In this document: positions 40,273 to 49,273 of the stretch, piece after piece
How positions within the stretch are numbered: position 1 is the stretch's first letter
How the letters are laid out: every line of letters begins with the position of its first letter
Assembly: GCA_949296605.1 (NCBI GenBank)
Contig: CASFPB010000026.1
Span: 14,859-78,858, forward strand
Length of the DNA stretch: 64,000 bases
Source: an uncultured bacterium
Lineage (GTDB): Bacteria > Bacillota_I > Bacilli_A > RF39 > UBA660
Reading direction: 5' to 3'
Notes under the pieces: generated by a model
The model's input: only the letters and a program-made list of their open reading frames with translations
Told to the model about the DNA's origin: nothing
Databases searched by the model: none
Translations under genes and position numbers: made by a program

Positions 40273-41147
40273 AGCATATTTTTATTGTAAATACTACTTC
40301 TTATCCTTTAGAAACACTTAATTTAATAGAAAGAATTATTGAAATTTGTAGGTCATTAAAAGTAAATTATAATATTCGATGTGTTGATAGTAGAGAAAAA
40401 ACTATAAAATTAGCTTCAACTTTTAAAAATGAAAATGCTATTATTTATGCAGTAGGCGGTGATGGGACAGTTAATGCTGTTTTAAATGGTATTGTAGGTG
40501 GTAGTGCTTTTTTAGGTATTGTTCCTAATGGGGCTAGTAATGACCTATTTAGATTTTTAAATGAAAGTGGTAATGAATCTACTATTTGTAATGTCATGAA
40601 AGTAAATGACTTGTATTGTTTAAATATTTTTAGTTTAGGAATTGATGCTGAAATATGTGAAAATGCCGAAAAGATCAAAAAATTAGATGTTTCACGTGAA
40701 CATATTTATGCATGGAGTATCGCTTATACATTTTTTAAACATAAAAATTTTCCGGCATTGGTTAAAGTTGATGGATTTAATTTTTATAGTCCTTTAATGA
40801 GTTCTATTACTGTATGTAATGGAAAATATTGTGAAAATGGTTATCCTATTAATCCTAATGCTTGTATAGAAAATAAAGGATCTAACTTGATAATGGTAGA
40901 AGCTTTAAAAAGATATCAAATGCTATTTTTTGTAAAAGCTATCTTATCTGGTAAACAGGATAGGTTTCAAAATTATTTGAATTTAGATGCTTCTAAAGTA
41001 GAAATAGCTTTAGATTTTCCTATAATAGGTAATGTTGATGGAGTGATAATTGAAAGTGATAATTTTGTTATTAATTCTTCTGCATCTAAAATAAATATAG
41101 TGCATAATAGTGAATTGTTAAATTTAATAAGGAAAAAAAATACCTAA
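40269..41147 (+). CDS. Diacylglycerol-kinase catalytic-domain lipid kinase (YegS/BmrU-like)
   Basis: DAGK_cat motif AVGGDGTVNAVLNG. ATGA overlap with miaB. Confidence 0.75.
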   Translation: MKHIFIVNTTSYPLETLNLIERIIEICRSLKVNYNIRCVDSREKTIKLASTFKNENAIIYAVGGDGTVNAVLNGIVGGSAFLGIVPNGASNDLFRFLNESGNESTICNVMKVNDLYCLNIFSLGIDAEICENAEKIKKLDVSREHIYAWSIAYTFFKHKNFPALVKVDGFNFYSPLMSSITVCNGKYCENGYPINPNACIENKGSNLIMVEALKRYQMLFFVKAILSGKQDRFQNYLNLDASKVEIALDFPIIGNVDGVIIESDNFVINSSASKINIVHNSELLNLIRKKNT

Positions 41148-41150
41148 TGT

Positions 41151-41618
41151 TTATTGGGTATTTTTTTCTAATAAATATATGTTTCTTTCTATATTGTCAT
41201 TTAAATTAAGCTTTTTATATATTTTAAATCCAAACTTTTCATAGAAATTTTTGTGTCTAGAATGTAAATAGATTTTTGAAATATTATATTTTTTCATATA
41301 TTTAGTTATTGTGTTAATTAATATTTTACCATAGCCTTTATTTCTATATTGTTCTTTAATTATTAAGTTAGCAATCCACGGAGTATATATAGTATTATCA
41401 TTATCATGTTCTACAATTTGATAAAAACCTATTAATTCTTTTTCGTTTGTTAATAATATTGTTATTGGCATTTTATTTTCAGTTATTCCTTTTATTATTT
41501 CTTTTTTAATTTGTGTTTTATTAATGTTTTGCCAATTATCTAATATATCTAGTATTTCATCTATATAATTAATGTTATTTAATGTAAGAATTTCATCTTT
41601 AATCATTTTTCTCACCAT
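41151..41618 (-). CDS. GNAT-family N-acetyltransferase
   Basis: Acetyl-CoA binding motif Q/RxxGxG/A (YRNKGYGKILI); 155 aa. Confidence 0.75.
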   Translation of the reverse strand: MVRKMIKDEILTLNNINYIDEILDILDNWQNINKTQIKKEIIKGITENKMPITILLTNEKELIGFYQIVEHDNDNTIYTPWIANLIIKEQYRNKGYGKILINTITKYMKKYNISKIYLHSRHKNFYEKFGFKIYKKLNLNDNIERNIYLLEKNTQ

Positions 41619-42063
41619 TATTTTTATTCCATGAATGTGCTAAAATATCTTTTAATACTAACATTGCATCTAAACGGTTATAATTATATTTTGTTTGTAG
41701 TTCAGTTAATATATTATTTAAATCATTTTCGTATTTTTTTATGTTTACTTTATTTTGATATGTTTCTAAAACAGGGTATTTTTTACTCCATACTTTTGTC
41801 CAATTTATTTTATCTTGAGTTTTTGTATTAGTTTTTTTTATTATGCTTTCTATTTCTTCATCTATTTTATTATAGTTTAATAATTCTTCTAATGAAATTT
41901 TATATATTTTTGCTAATAATTTAACTTGGTTAATGTTTGGGACTGTTTCATTTGATTCCCATTTTGATACGGTTTGTCTTGTAATATTTAATTTTTCTGC
42001 TATTTCTTCTTGAGATAAATTAGCTTTTTTTCTTGCATCTAATATTTTTTTTCCAAAATTCAT
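41599..42063 (-). CDS. XRE-family HTH transcriptional regulator with C-terminal extension
   Basis: LSQEEIAEKLNITRQTVSKWESNETVPNINQVKLLAKIYKISLEEL is a canonical HTH_XRE. Its 3' end overlaps the GNAT gene by 20 nt. Confidence 0.8.
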   Translation of the reverse strand: MNFGKKILDARKKANLSQEEIAEKLNITRQTVSKWESNETVPNINQVKLLAKIYKISLEELLNYNKIDEEIESIIKKTNTKTQDKINWTKVWSKKYPVLETYQNKVNIKKYENDLNNILTELQTKYNYNRLDAMLVLKDILAHSWNKNNGEKND

Positions 42064-42165
42064 TTTATCACCTTTTTTACATTATAATTGTTTTTTTTAA
42101 CACTGTCTATCAATTAAAGTTACATTTAGGTAATAAAATTTAACATTTTATAGAAATTTTTATAA

Positions 42166-42190
42166 ATAAAAAACTAGACATATGTCTAGT
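42166..42190 (-). terminator. Terminator of the tRNA-Met transcript
   Basis: Perfect palindrome ctagacatatgtctag followed, on the minus strand, by a T run. Confidence 0.65.
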
Positions 42191-42201
42191 AAATTTTAAT
42201 T

Positions 42202-42278
42202 TGGTAGCGACGGTGTGATTCGAACACACGACCTGCCGGGTATGAACCGGATGCTCTAGCCAACTGAGCTACATCGCC
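42202..42278 (-). tRNA. tRNA-Met (anticodon CAT, elongator-type loop TTCATAC), encoded CCA
   Basis: Reverse complement GGCGATGTAGCTCAGTTGGCTAGAGCATCCGGTTCATACCCGGCAGGTCGTGTGTTCGAATCACACCGTCGCTACCA folds as a cloverleaf with a GTTCGAATC T-loop. Confidence 0.9.
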
Positions 42279-42540
42279 ATGTCAATTTGTATTAATATAT
42301 TAACATAAATTGTTTATTTTGACAAGTAAAATTTTATGTAAGTTATTTGAATTTTATTATTTGTTAAAATATGTAATTTATTTGTATAATATTTACATAG
42401 ATTTACAATATATTTAAAATGTTTTTTTTTGCCAAAAATTAAAGATAAAAATAAAAAAATAAAAAAAATATTAAAAAATGGCAAAAAAAAACATTGCAAT
42501 TATATGACGGTTTGTTATAATTAATTTGAGGTTAAGAGAA

Positions 42541-44502
42541 ATGGAAAATAGCACAGTTTTAGAAAATTTAGTAGTAGTTAAACGTAGTGGTCAACGAGTA
42601 TCATTTAATAGTGTTAAAATAGCTGTTGCTATTAAACAAGCTTTTGATAGTAGTGATGAAAACGAAATAAATAATGAAAAAAAAATAAATAGAGTTTATA
42701 ATCAAGTTTTAAAATTTATAATTGAATCTTATGAAAATAGAAAAACCATTAATGTTGAAGATATACAAGACATTATTGAAAATGTGCTTAAAAAAACCGG
42801 ATATCATGATGTATATAAGAAATTCAATGAATATCGGTTGCGTAGAGCTGCTTCAAGAGAAGCTTTTTCGGTAAAAGAACAACATAAGTTTGTTAAAGCT
42901 ATTGAAAAAATAGGATTGACTGCTAAGAATTCTAAAAATGCTAATCCTGACGATTTGTTGTTAAATTTTGGAAAGACCATTTCTCAGGAATTTGCCAAAG
43001 CTTATCTTTTAGAATCAAAATATGTTCGTGCCCATGAAGAGGGAAGGATTTATATAGATGATTTAAAATCTTATGCATTAAAAACCACTTCTTCATCTCA
43101 TTTAGATTTTAGTAGTATCGAATCAAATGATATTGATGAAATTACTTTAAAAATATTAAATATAGTAAATAGATTTAAAAGTGAACAATATGGCGAACAA
43201 ACTATTTCAAATTTAGATCAAATATATAAAAATGTAATGATTTCTGATTTTAATAATAAATTTTTGGATAATTTAAAGTGTTTTTTTAAAGTATTAGGAA
43301 TATATGAATTCTTTGATTTTAATGATTTAAAAAATGTATTAGTTGAGAATAATACTATTAAAATAAATATTGATGCTTTTGATGCAATTTTACCAAATGA
43401 AAAAATAAAAAATTATTTTTGGGATATATATAGAATAACTAATGATTATATAGAAGCTAAATTGTTAAAAAATATTGAACTTTTGTTAAAAAACTTTAAT
43501 AGTAATTATTTAAAATATATTGATACTTCTTTATCAATTAGTTTAAGTGAAATTGATGATTTTGAATCAATGTATTTTAAAGAAAAATATTTTGAAATTT
43601 TAAATAAAATTAGTTTTAAAAAGATTGCTACTATTTGTAAGGTGAAAAAAAATACTTCATTAGATTATATAGTAGATGAGGTTTACAATAAAAATAATAT
43701 TATTATTCTATATTTAGATAATAATGAATACGATGATTATTTAGAAACGTTTAGTAATCAAATTATAATTAATGAAAATGTTAATAATGATTTACAAACA
43801 TCTCGAGGTAGAATACTTAATTCATCAATTACAATTAACTTGGCTAGGCTAGGATTAAAATATAATAAGGAAAGTATAAATGACTTTTTTGCTGAACTTG
43901 ATGATTTATTAGAATTGTCTAAAAATGAATTAATACAAAGATATGATTTTCAATCTAGTTTATATAAAGAGAATTTTAATGGTATTTTTGAAAATAATAT
44001 ATTGTTTGACTCTAAAAAACTTGATTGTAATCAAAAAGTAAGGAAAGTTCTAAAAAATGGAGTTTTATGTATTAATTTTTCTGGTTTGGTAGAATGTTTA
44101 GATGCTTTATTTGATGTTTCTGAAAAAGCTGTTGTTAAATTGGATTTTGGTTTAAAAATTGTTGAGTTTATGAAAGAAAAAACAAATAGATATAAATCTG
44201 ATTTAAAATTAAATTTTATTTTAGCAGAGGAAAGTTCAAAAATAGTAAATAAAAATTTATTAGCATTAGATAAAGCTATGGTTGGAAATATAGAGATTTT
44301 GAAAAAAGATTTTTATTCTAGTTTAAGTAGTTTGTTTAATGATTTAAGTAATAAAGCTTTATATCAATATATAGTAAAATATCAAAAAATTTGTAGTTTG
44401 AATTTAGTATTAAATGTTGATAGAAATAAAAGTAAAATAAAAGATTATATAAAGGAATTAGAAAAAGAAAAGGTAAAAGTAGTAAAGGTGGTGGTAAAGT
44501 GA
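42541..44502 (+). CDS. NrdD-like protein: ATP-cone plus degenerate class III RNR body, lacking the glycyl-radical domain
   Basis: N-terminal ATP-cone (VVVKRSGQRVSFNSVKIAVAIKQAF...). AHEEGRIYIDDL is collinear with AHRSAAIHLHDL of the downstream NrdD. No RxxGY motif, no Zn-ribbon Cys and no CAGWS. 658 aa; 4-nt overlap with nrdG. Confidence 0.7.
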   Translation: MENSTVLENLVVVKRSGQRVSFNSVKIAVAIKQAFDSSDENEINNEKKINRVYNQVLKFIIESYENRKTINVEDIQDIIENVLKKTGYHDVYKKFNEYRLRRAASREAFSVKEQHKFVKAIEKIGLTAKNSKNANPDDLLLNFGKTISQEFAKAYLLESKYVRAHEEGRIYIDDLKSYALKTTSSSHLDFSSIESNDIDEITLKILNIVNRFKSEQYGEQTISNLDQIYKNVMISDFNNKFLDNLKCFFKVLGIYEFFDFNDLKNVLVENNTIKINIDAFDAILPNEKIKNYFWDIYRITNDYIEAKLLKNIELLLKNFNSNYLKYIDTSLSISLSEIDDFESMYFKEKYFEILNKISFKKIATICKVKKNTSLDYIVDEVYNKNNIIILYLDNNEYDDYLETFSNQIIINENVNNDLQTSRGRILNSSITINLARLGLKYNKESINDFFAELDDLLELSKNELIQRYDFQSSLYKENFNGIFENNILFDSKKLDCNQKVRKVLKNGVLCINFSGLVECLDALFDVSEKAVVKLDFGLKIVEFMKEKTNRYKSDLKLNFILAEESSKIVNKNLLALDKAMVGNIEILKKDFYSSLSSLFNDLSNKALYQYIVKYQKICSLNLVLNVDRNKSKIKDYIKELEKEKVKVVKVVVK

Positions 44503-45188
44503 TTTATATTGAAGGATTACAAAAAGTTACATTATTAGATTTTCCTAAAAAGGTAGCTTGCACCATTTTTACTAAGGGTTGTAATTTTAATTGTTCGTTT
44601 TGTCAAAATTCTAGTTTAATACCATGTGATAAGGGTAAAATTAGTGAAGATGAAATATTTGAATACTTAAATAAAAGAAAAAATATTTTAGATGGTGTTG
44701 TTATTACCGGGGGTGAACCATTAGTTCAAAAAGATATTAAGTGCTTTATAAAAAAAATAAAAGATTTAGGTTTGCTTGTTAAACTTGATACTAATGGTAG
44801 TAATCCAAAAGTTCTAAAAGAACTAATTGATGAAAATTTAATTGATTATGTTGCTATGGATATAAAAAATATATTTTTAAAATATAAAATGACTGTAGGT
44901 AAAAATGTATTATTAAAAAATATTGAAGAAAGTATAAATATTTTAAAAAATAGTAATATTGATTATGAGTTTAGAACTACAATAGTAAAAGAATTACATA
45001 CAATTGATGATTTAAGAAAAATATGTGAATATATTGGAAATAAATGTAAATATTATTTACAAAATTTTGAAGATAGTGAAGATGTTATTAATCATAGCTT
45101 GCATGGGTTTTCACATGATGAGCTTTTGATGATAAATGATAATTTGAAAGGTAGTTTTCCCAATATGGAAATTCGTGCTTTATCTTAG
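44499..45188 (+). CDS. nrdG: Anaerobic ribonucleoside-triphosphate reductase activating protein (radical SAM)
   Basis: CNFNCSFCQN (CxxxCxxC) cluster motif. GGEPL SAM-binding motif; 229 aa. Confidence 0.85.
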   Translation: MIYIEGLQKVTLLDFPKKVACTIFTKGCNFNCSFCQNSSLIPCDKGKISEDEIFEYLNKRKNILDGVVITGGEPLVQKDIKCFIKKIKDLGLLVKLDTNGSNPKVLKELIDENLIDYVAMDIKNIFLKYKMTVGKNVLLKNIEESINILKNSNIDYEFRTTIVKELHTIDDLRKICEYIGNKCKYYLQNFEDSEDVINHSLHGFSHDELLMINDNLKGSFPNMEIRALS

Positions 45189-45206
45189 TATTGGAGGAGG
45201 ATTAAA

Positions 45207-47597
45207 ATGTATAAAGTAAGAAAAAGAGAAGGAAAAATAGTAGGGTTTGATATTTTAAAAATTAAGGAAGCAATTAAAAAAGCGTTTGATTCAGTAGAAA
45301 GAACTTATGATGATAATGTTATTGATTTTTTAGCATTAAAAGTAACTTCTGAATTTGAACCAAAATTAAAGGATAATATAATATCTGTTGAAGATATTCA
45401 AGATTGTGTTGAAGAAGTTTTATCTAAAGCAGGGTATTCTGATGTTGCAAAATCATATATCTTATATCGTAAGTTACATGAAAAAATGCGTAATATGAAA
45501 TCAACGGTTTTGGATTATAAAGATGTTGTAAATAGTTATATTAATGTAACTGATTGGCGTGTTAAAGAAAATTCAACTGTTACATATTCAGTTGGTGGAT
45601 TAATTTTAAGTAATAGTGGAGCAATTACTGCAAATTATTGGTTAAGTGAAGTTTATGATGAAGAAATTGCTAATGCTCATAGAAGTGCTGCTATTCATTT
45701 ACATGATTTATCTATGTTAACAGGATATTGTGCTGGATGGAGTTTAAAACAATTAATTCAAGAAGGCTTAGGTGGTGTTCCAGGCAAAATTACTTCTGCA
45801 CCTGCAAAGCATTTATCTACTTTATGTAATCAAATGGTAAATTTTTTAGGTATTATGCAAAATGAATGGGCTGGTGCTCAAGCATTCTCATCATTTGATA
45901 CTTATTTAGCGCCTTTTGTTAAGATTGATAATTTAGATTATCATGAAGTTAAACAATGTATTCAATCTTTTATTTATGGAGTTAACACTCCAAGTAGGTG
46001 GGGAACTCAAGCACCATTTACTAATATTACTTTAGATTGGACAGTTCCAAATGATTTGGCTGAATTAAATGCTATCATTGGAGGAAAAGAAGTAGATTTT
46101 AAATATAAAGATTGTCAAAAAGAAATGAATATGATTAATAAAGCATTTATTGAAATAATGATTGAAGGGGATGCTAATGGTAGAGGATTTCAATATCCTA
46201 TTCCAACATATTCTATTACAAGAGATTTTGATTGGAGTGAAACAGAAAATAATAAATTATTATTTGAAATGACTGCAAAATATGGAACTCCTTATTTTTC
46301 AAACTATATTAACAGTGATATGGAACCTAGTGATGTAAGAAGTATGTGTTGTCGTTTGCGTCTTGATTTAAGGGAACTTCGTAAAAAATCTGGTGGTTTC
46401 TTTGGTAGTGGTGAATCTACTGGATCTATAGGTGTTGTAACTATTAATTTACCAAGAATTGCTTATTTAGCTAAAGATGAACAAGACTTTTATGAAAGAC
46501 TAGAAAAATTAATGGATATAGCTGCCCGTTCATTAAAAATAAAAAGAAACGTTATAACTAAATTGCTTAATGAAGGTTTATATCCTTATACTAAACGTTA
46601 TTTAGGTTCATTTAATAATCATTTTTCTACTATTGGTTTAATAGGTATGAATGAAGTAGGATTAAATGCAAAATGGTTACGTGCTGATTTAACTCATGAA
46701 AAAACACAAAAATTTGCTAAAGATGTATTAAACTTTATGAGAGAAAAACTTAGTGATTATCAAGAAGAATATGGGGATTTGTATAATCTAGAAGCAACAC
46801 CAGCAGAATCTACTACTTATCGTTTTGCTAAACATGATAAAGCACAATATCCTGATATTATAACTGCTAGTGAACCTGATCATACACCATATTACACAAA
46901 TAGTTCTCATTTACCAGTTGATTTTACTGATGATATTTTTGCAGCATTAGATATTCAAGATGAATTGCAAACATTATATACATCAGGAACTGTATTTCAT
47001 GCATTTTTAGGTGAAAGATTAACTGATTGGAAGGCAGCTGCTAATTTAGTTAGAAAAATTGCTGAAAATTATAAATTACCATATTATACTATGTCTCCGA
47101 CTTATTCAGTTTGCCAAACTCATGGATATATAAATGGTGAAGTATATAAATGTCCAATTTGTGATAAAGAAACAGAAGTTTATAGTAGAATAACAGGTTA
47201 CTATCGTCCAGTTAAAAATTGGAATGATGGTAAGGCTGAAGAATATAAGAATCGTAAAGTATATGATTTAAGTAAATCTCATTTGAAACATGAAAAATGT
47301 GAAAGCGATGATTGTAAATGTGATGATTGCAAATGTGATAATTGTGAATGTAATGATAATTTAAAAGATGGTTTATATTTATTTACAAGAAAGAATTGCC
47401 CTAATTGTAAAAGTGCTAAAAGTATTTTAGATAAAGCTAATTTAAAATATGAAATAATTGATGCAGAAGAAAATGCTGATTTAAGTAAAAAATTAGGTAT
47501 TAAGCAAGCTCCAACATTATTAGCAATAAATGGTGAAAATATAGATAAATATTCTAATGTTTCTAATATAAAAAAATATATAGGTAGTAACAAATAA
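45207..47597 (+). CDS. nrdD: Anaerobic ribonucleoside-triphosphate reductase NrdD with C-terminal Cys-rich linker and NrdH/glutaredoxin-like domain
   Basis: ATP-cone. AAIHLHDLSMLTGYCAGWSL. Zn-ribbon CQTHG...CPICD. Glycyl-radical motif RITGYYRP. Then CESDDCKCDDCKCDNCEC and a redoxin fold LYLFTRKNCPNCKSAK...QAPTLL. Confidence 0.85.
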   Translation: MYKVRKREGKIVGFDILKIKEAIKKAFDSVERTYDDNVIDFLALKVTSEFEPKLKDNIISVEDIQDCVEEVLSKAGYSDVAKSYILYRKLHEKMRNMKSTVLDYKDVVNSYINVTDWRVKENSTVTYSVGGLILSNSGAITANYWLSEVYDEEIANAHRSAAIHLHDLSMLTGYCAGWSLKQLIQEGLGGVPGKITSAPAKHLSTLCNQMVNFLGIMQNEWAGAQAFSSFDTYLAPFVKIDNLDYHEVKQCIQSFIYGVNTPSRWGTQAPFTNITLDWTVPNDLAELNAIIGGKEVDFKYKDCQKEMNMINKAFIEIMIEGDANGRGFQYPIPTYSITRDFDWSETENNKLLFEMTAKYGTPYFSNYINSDMEPSDVRSMCCRLRLDLRELRKKSGGFFGSGESTGSIGVVTINLPRIAYLAKDEQDFYERLEKLMDIAARSLKIKRNVITKLLNEGLYPYTKRYLGSFNNHFSTIGLIGMNEVGLNAKWLRADLTHEKTQKFAKDVLNFMREKLSDYQEEYGDLYNLEATPAESTTYRFAKHDKAQYPDIITASEPDHTPYYTNSSHLPVDFTDDIFAALDIQDELQTLYTSGTVFHAFLGERLTDWKAAANLVRKIAENYKLPYYTMSPTYSVCQTHGYINGEVYKCPICDKETEVYSRITGYYRPVKNWNDGKAEEYKNRKVYDLSKSHLKHEKCESDDCKCDDCKCDNCECNDNLKDGLYLFTRKNCPNCKSAKSILDKANLKYEIIDAEENADLSKKLGIKQAPTLLAINGENIDKYSNVSNIKKYIGSNK

Positions 47598-48499
47598 TGT
47601 ATGATATTGTTATTGTTGGAGCTGGTCCTGCTGGATTAACAGCTGCAATATATGCTTTAAGAGAAGAAAAAAAAGTTGTTATATTAGAAAAGGAAACTAT
47701 AGGAGGTAAAATTACCTCCTCTTCTAAAGTTGAAAATTATCCAGGATTTAAATCTATAAGCGGTATGGATTTTGCTAATAATTTATATGAACAAGTAATT
47801 GATTTGGGGGGAGAAATAAATATTGAAGAAGTTTTATCGATAGAAAATGGAAAAGTAAAAAAAGTTATTACTGATGAAAATACTTATGAAACTAAAAGTA
47901 TTATTATAGCAAGTGGGTCTAAATATAAAACTTTAAACTTAGATAATGAAGAAGAATTAATAGGTAATGGAATATCTTTTTGCACAGTTTGTGATGGATC
48001 TTTTTATAAAAATAAAGATGTTTGTGTTGTTGGCGGAGCTAATAGTGCTTTAAATAGTGTTTTATATTTATCAAAATTATGTAATAAAGTATATTTAGTT
48101 GTTAGAGGTCCTAAATTAAAAGGCGATAAAAAAGTAATTGATAATGTTTTATCATTAAGTAATGTAGAGGTTTTATATAATACTACAGTTAATAAATATA
48201 TTTTAGATAATGATGAATTAGTAGGTGTAGAAGTAAAAAGTAATGAAAGTGAAAAAAGATTAGATGTAGAAGGTGTGTTTTTAGCAATTGGTCAAAGCCC
48301 AGAAATTAACTATTTAAACAATTTGGTAAAAGTTGATGAAAATAATTATGTTTTAGCATCAGAAGATTGCATAACAAATATAGATGGTATATTTGTAGCA
48401 GGAGATGTAAGAAAAAAAGAAGTTAGACAACTTACAACTGCTGTAAGTGATGGAACCAATGCTGCGATAAATGCCATAAATTATTTGAAAGAGGTTTGA
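47597..48499 (+). CDS. Thioredoxin-reductase-like flavoprotein (second TrxB paralog), start overlapping the nrdD stop
   Basis: VIVGAGPAGLTAAIY FAD motif, CTVCDGSFY redox-active disulfide, GGANSALNS NADPH motif; 300 aa. Confidence 0.8.
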   Translation: MYDIVIVGAGPAGLTAAIYALREEKKVVILEKETIGGKITSSSKVENYPGFKSISGMDFANNLYEQVIDLGGEINIEEVLSIENGKVKKVITDENTYETKSIIIASGSKYKTLNLDNEEELIGNGISFCTVCDGSFYKNKDVCVVGGANSALNSVLYLSKLCNKVYLVVRGPKLKGDKKVIDNVLSLSNVEVLYNTTVNKYILDNDELVGVEVKSNESEKRLDVEGVFLAIGQSPEINYLNNLVKVDENNYVLASEDCITNIDGIFVAGDVRKKEVRQLTTAVSDGTNAAINAINYLKEV

Positions 48500-48542
48500 T
48501 TCTTCTTTCTTTTTTGTTATAATAGGCAAAAGCGAGGAAAAT

Positions 48543-49214
48543 ATGATAAAATTAAAAAAACAAGGGGATTTAATAATTATTTCTGGAACAACATGTGCTG
48601 GTAAAGGAACTGTTATAAAAAAGTTATTATCTAATCATAACGATATTACTTTGTCTGTTTCTTATACTTCTAGACCAAAAAGAGATTCGGAAATTAATGG
48701 TATTGATTATTATTTTGTTAGTGAAAGTGAGTTTAAAGAAAAAATCAATAATGGCGATTTCTTAGAATATGCACAGGTTCAATATGGGGCATATTATGGA
48801 ACTCCTAAAAAAGAAGTTTTAGAACAACTTAACAAAGGAAAAGATGTTATTTTAGAAATAGATGTTCAAGGTGCTATGCAAATTAAAAAGTTATATCCAG
48901 AAACGATATTGATTTTTATAATGGCTCCATCAATGAGTGAGGTTAAAAGGCGCATTAAATTACGTGGTGATGAAAATAATGAACAAATTATTGCCAGATT
49001 TAAAGTTGCTTATAATGAAATAAATCAAATTAATAATTATAATTATGTTGTAGTTAATGATGTTTTGGAAGAGGCTGTAAAAAAAGTTGAAGCAATTTTA
49101 ATTAGTGAAAAATTACGTGTTGATAGAATTGAAGAAGTAAGTGTAGAAAACGAAGAAGAAATAATTCATGAGTTTTTAATGGATAAGGATTTTGATAATT
49201 CTAAAGAATACTAA
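48543..49214 (+). CDS. gmk: Guanylate kinase
   Basis: P-loop ISGTTCAGKGT, SYTSRPKRDSEINGIDYYFVS, YGAYYGT GMP-binding region. Confidence 0.8.
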   Translation: MIKLKKQGDLIIISGTTCAGKGTVIKKLLSNHNDITLSVSYTSRPKRDSEINGIDYYFVSESEFKEKINNGDFLEYAQVQYGAYYGTPKKEVLEQLNKGKDVILEIDVQGAMQIKKLYPETILIFIMAPSMSEVKRRIKLRGDENNEQIIARFKVAYNEINQINNYNYVVVNDVLEEAVKKVEAILISEKLRVDRIEEVSVENEEEIIHEFLMDKDFDNSKEY

Positions 49215-49215
49215 A

Positions 49216-49245
49216 ATATAAGTAAATTGTTGCTTATATTTTTTC
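49216..49245 (+). terminator. Terminator after gmk
   Basis: atataag...cttatat stem plus TTTTTT. Confidence 0.6.
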
Positions 49246-49273
49246 TTTGTGATATTCTTTATTAGGGTGTTAT

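Noticed and set aside
42314-42499. 61-aa minus-strand ORF in the nrd promoter region
   Set aside because: Poly-A/T low-complexity translation (FFLPFFNIFFIFLFL) in an intergenic AT-rich promoter region, with no RBS.
42280-42540. NrdR box upstream of the nrd operon
   Set aside because: No convincing palindrome of the NrdR-box type and no nrdR gene in the window. The region is simply an A/T-rich promoter.
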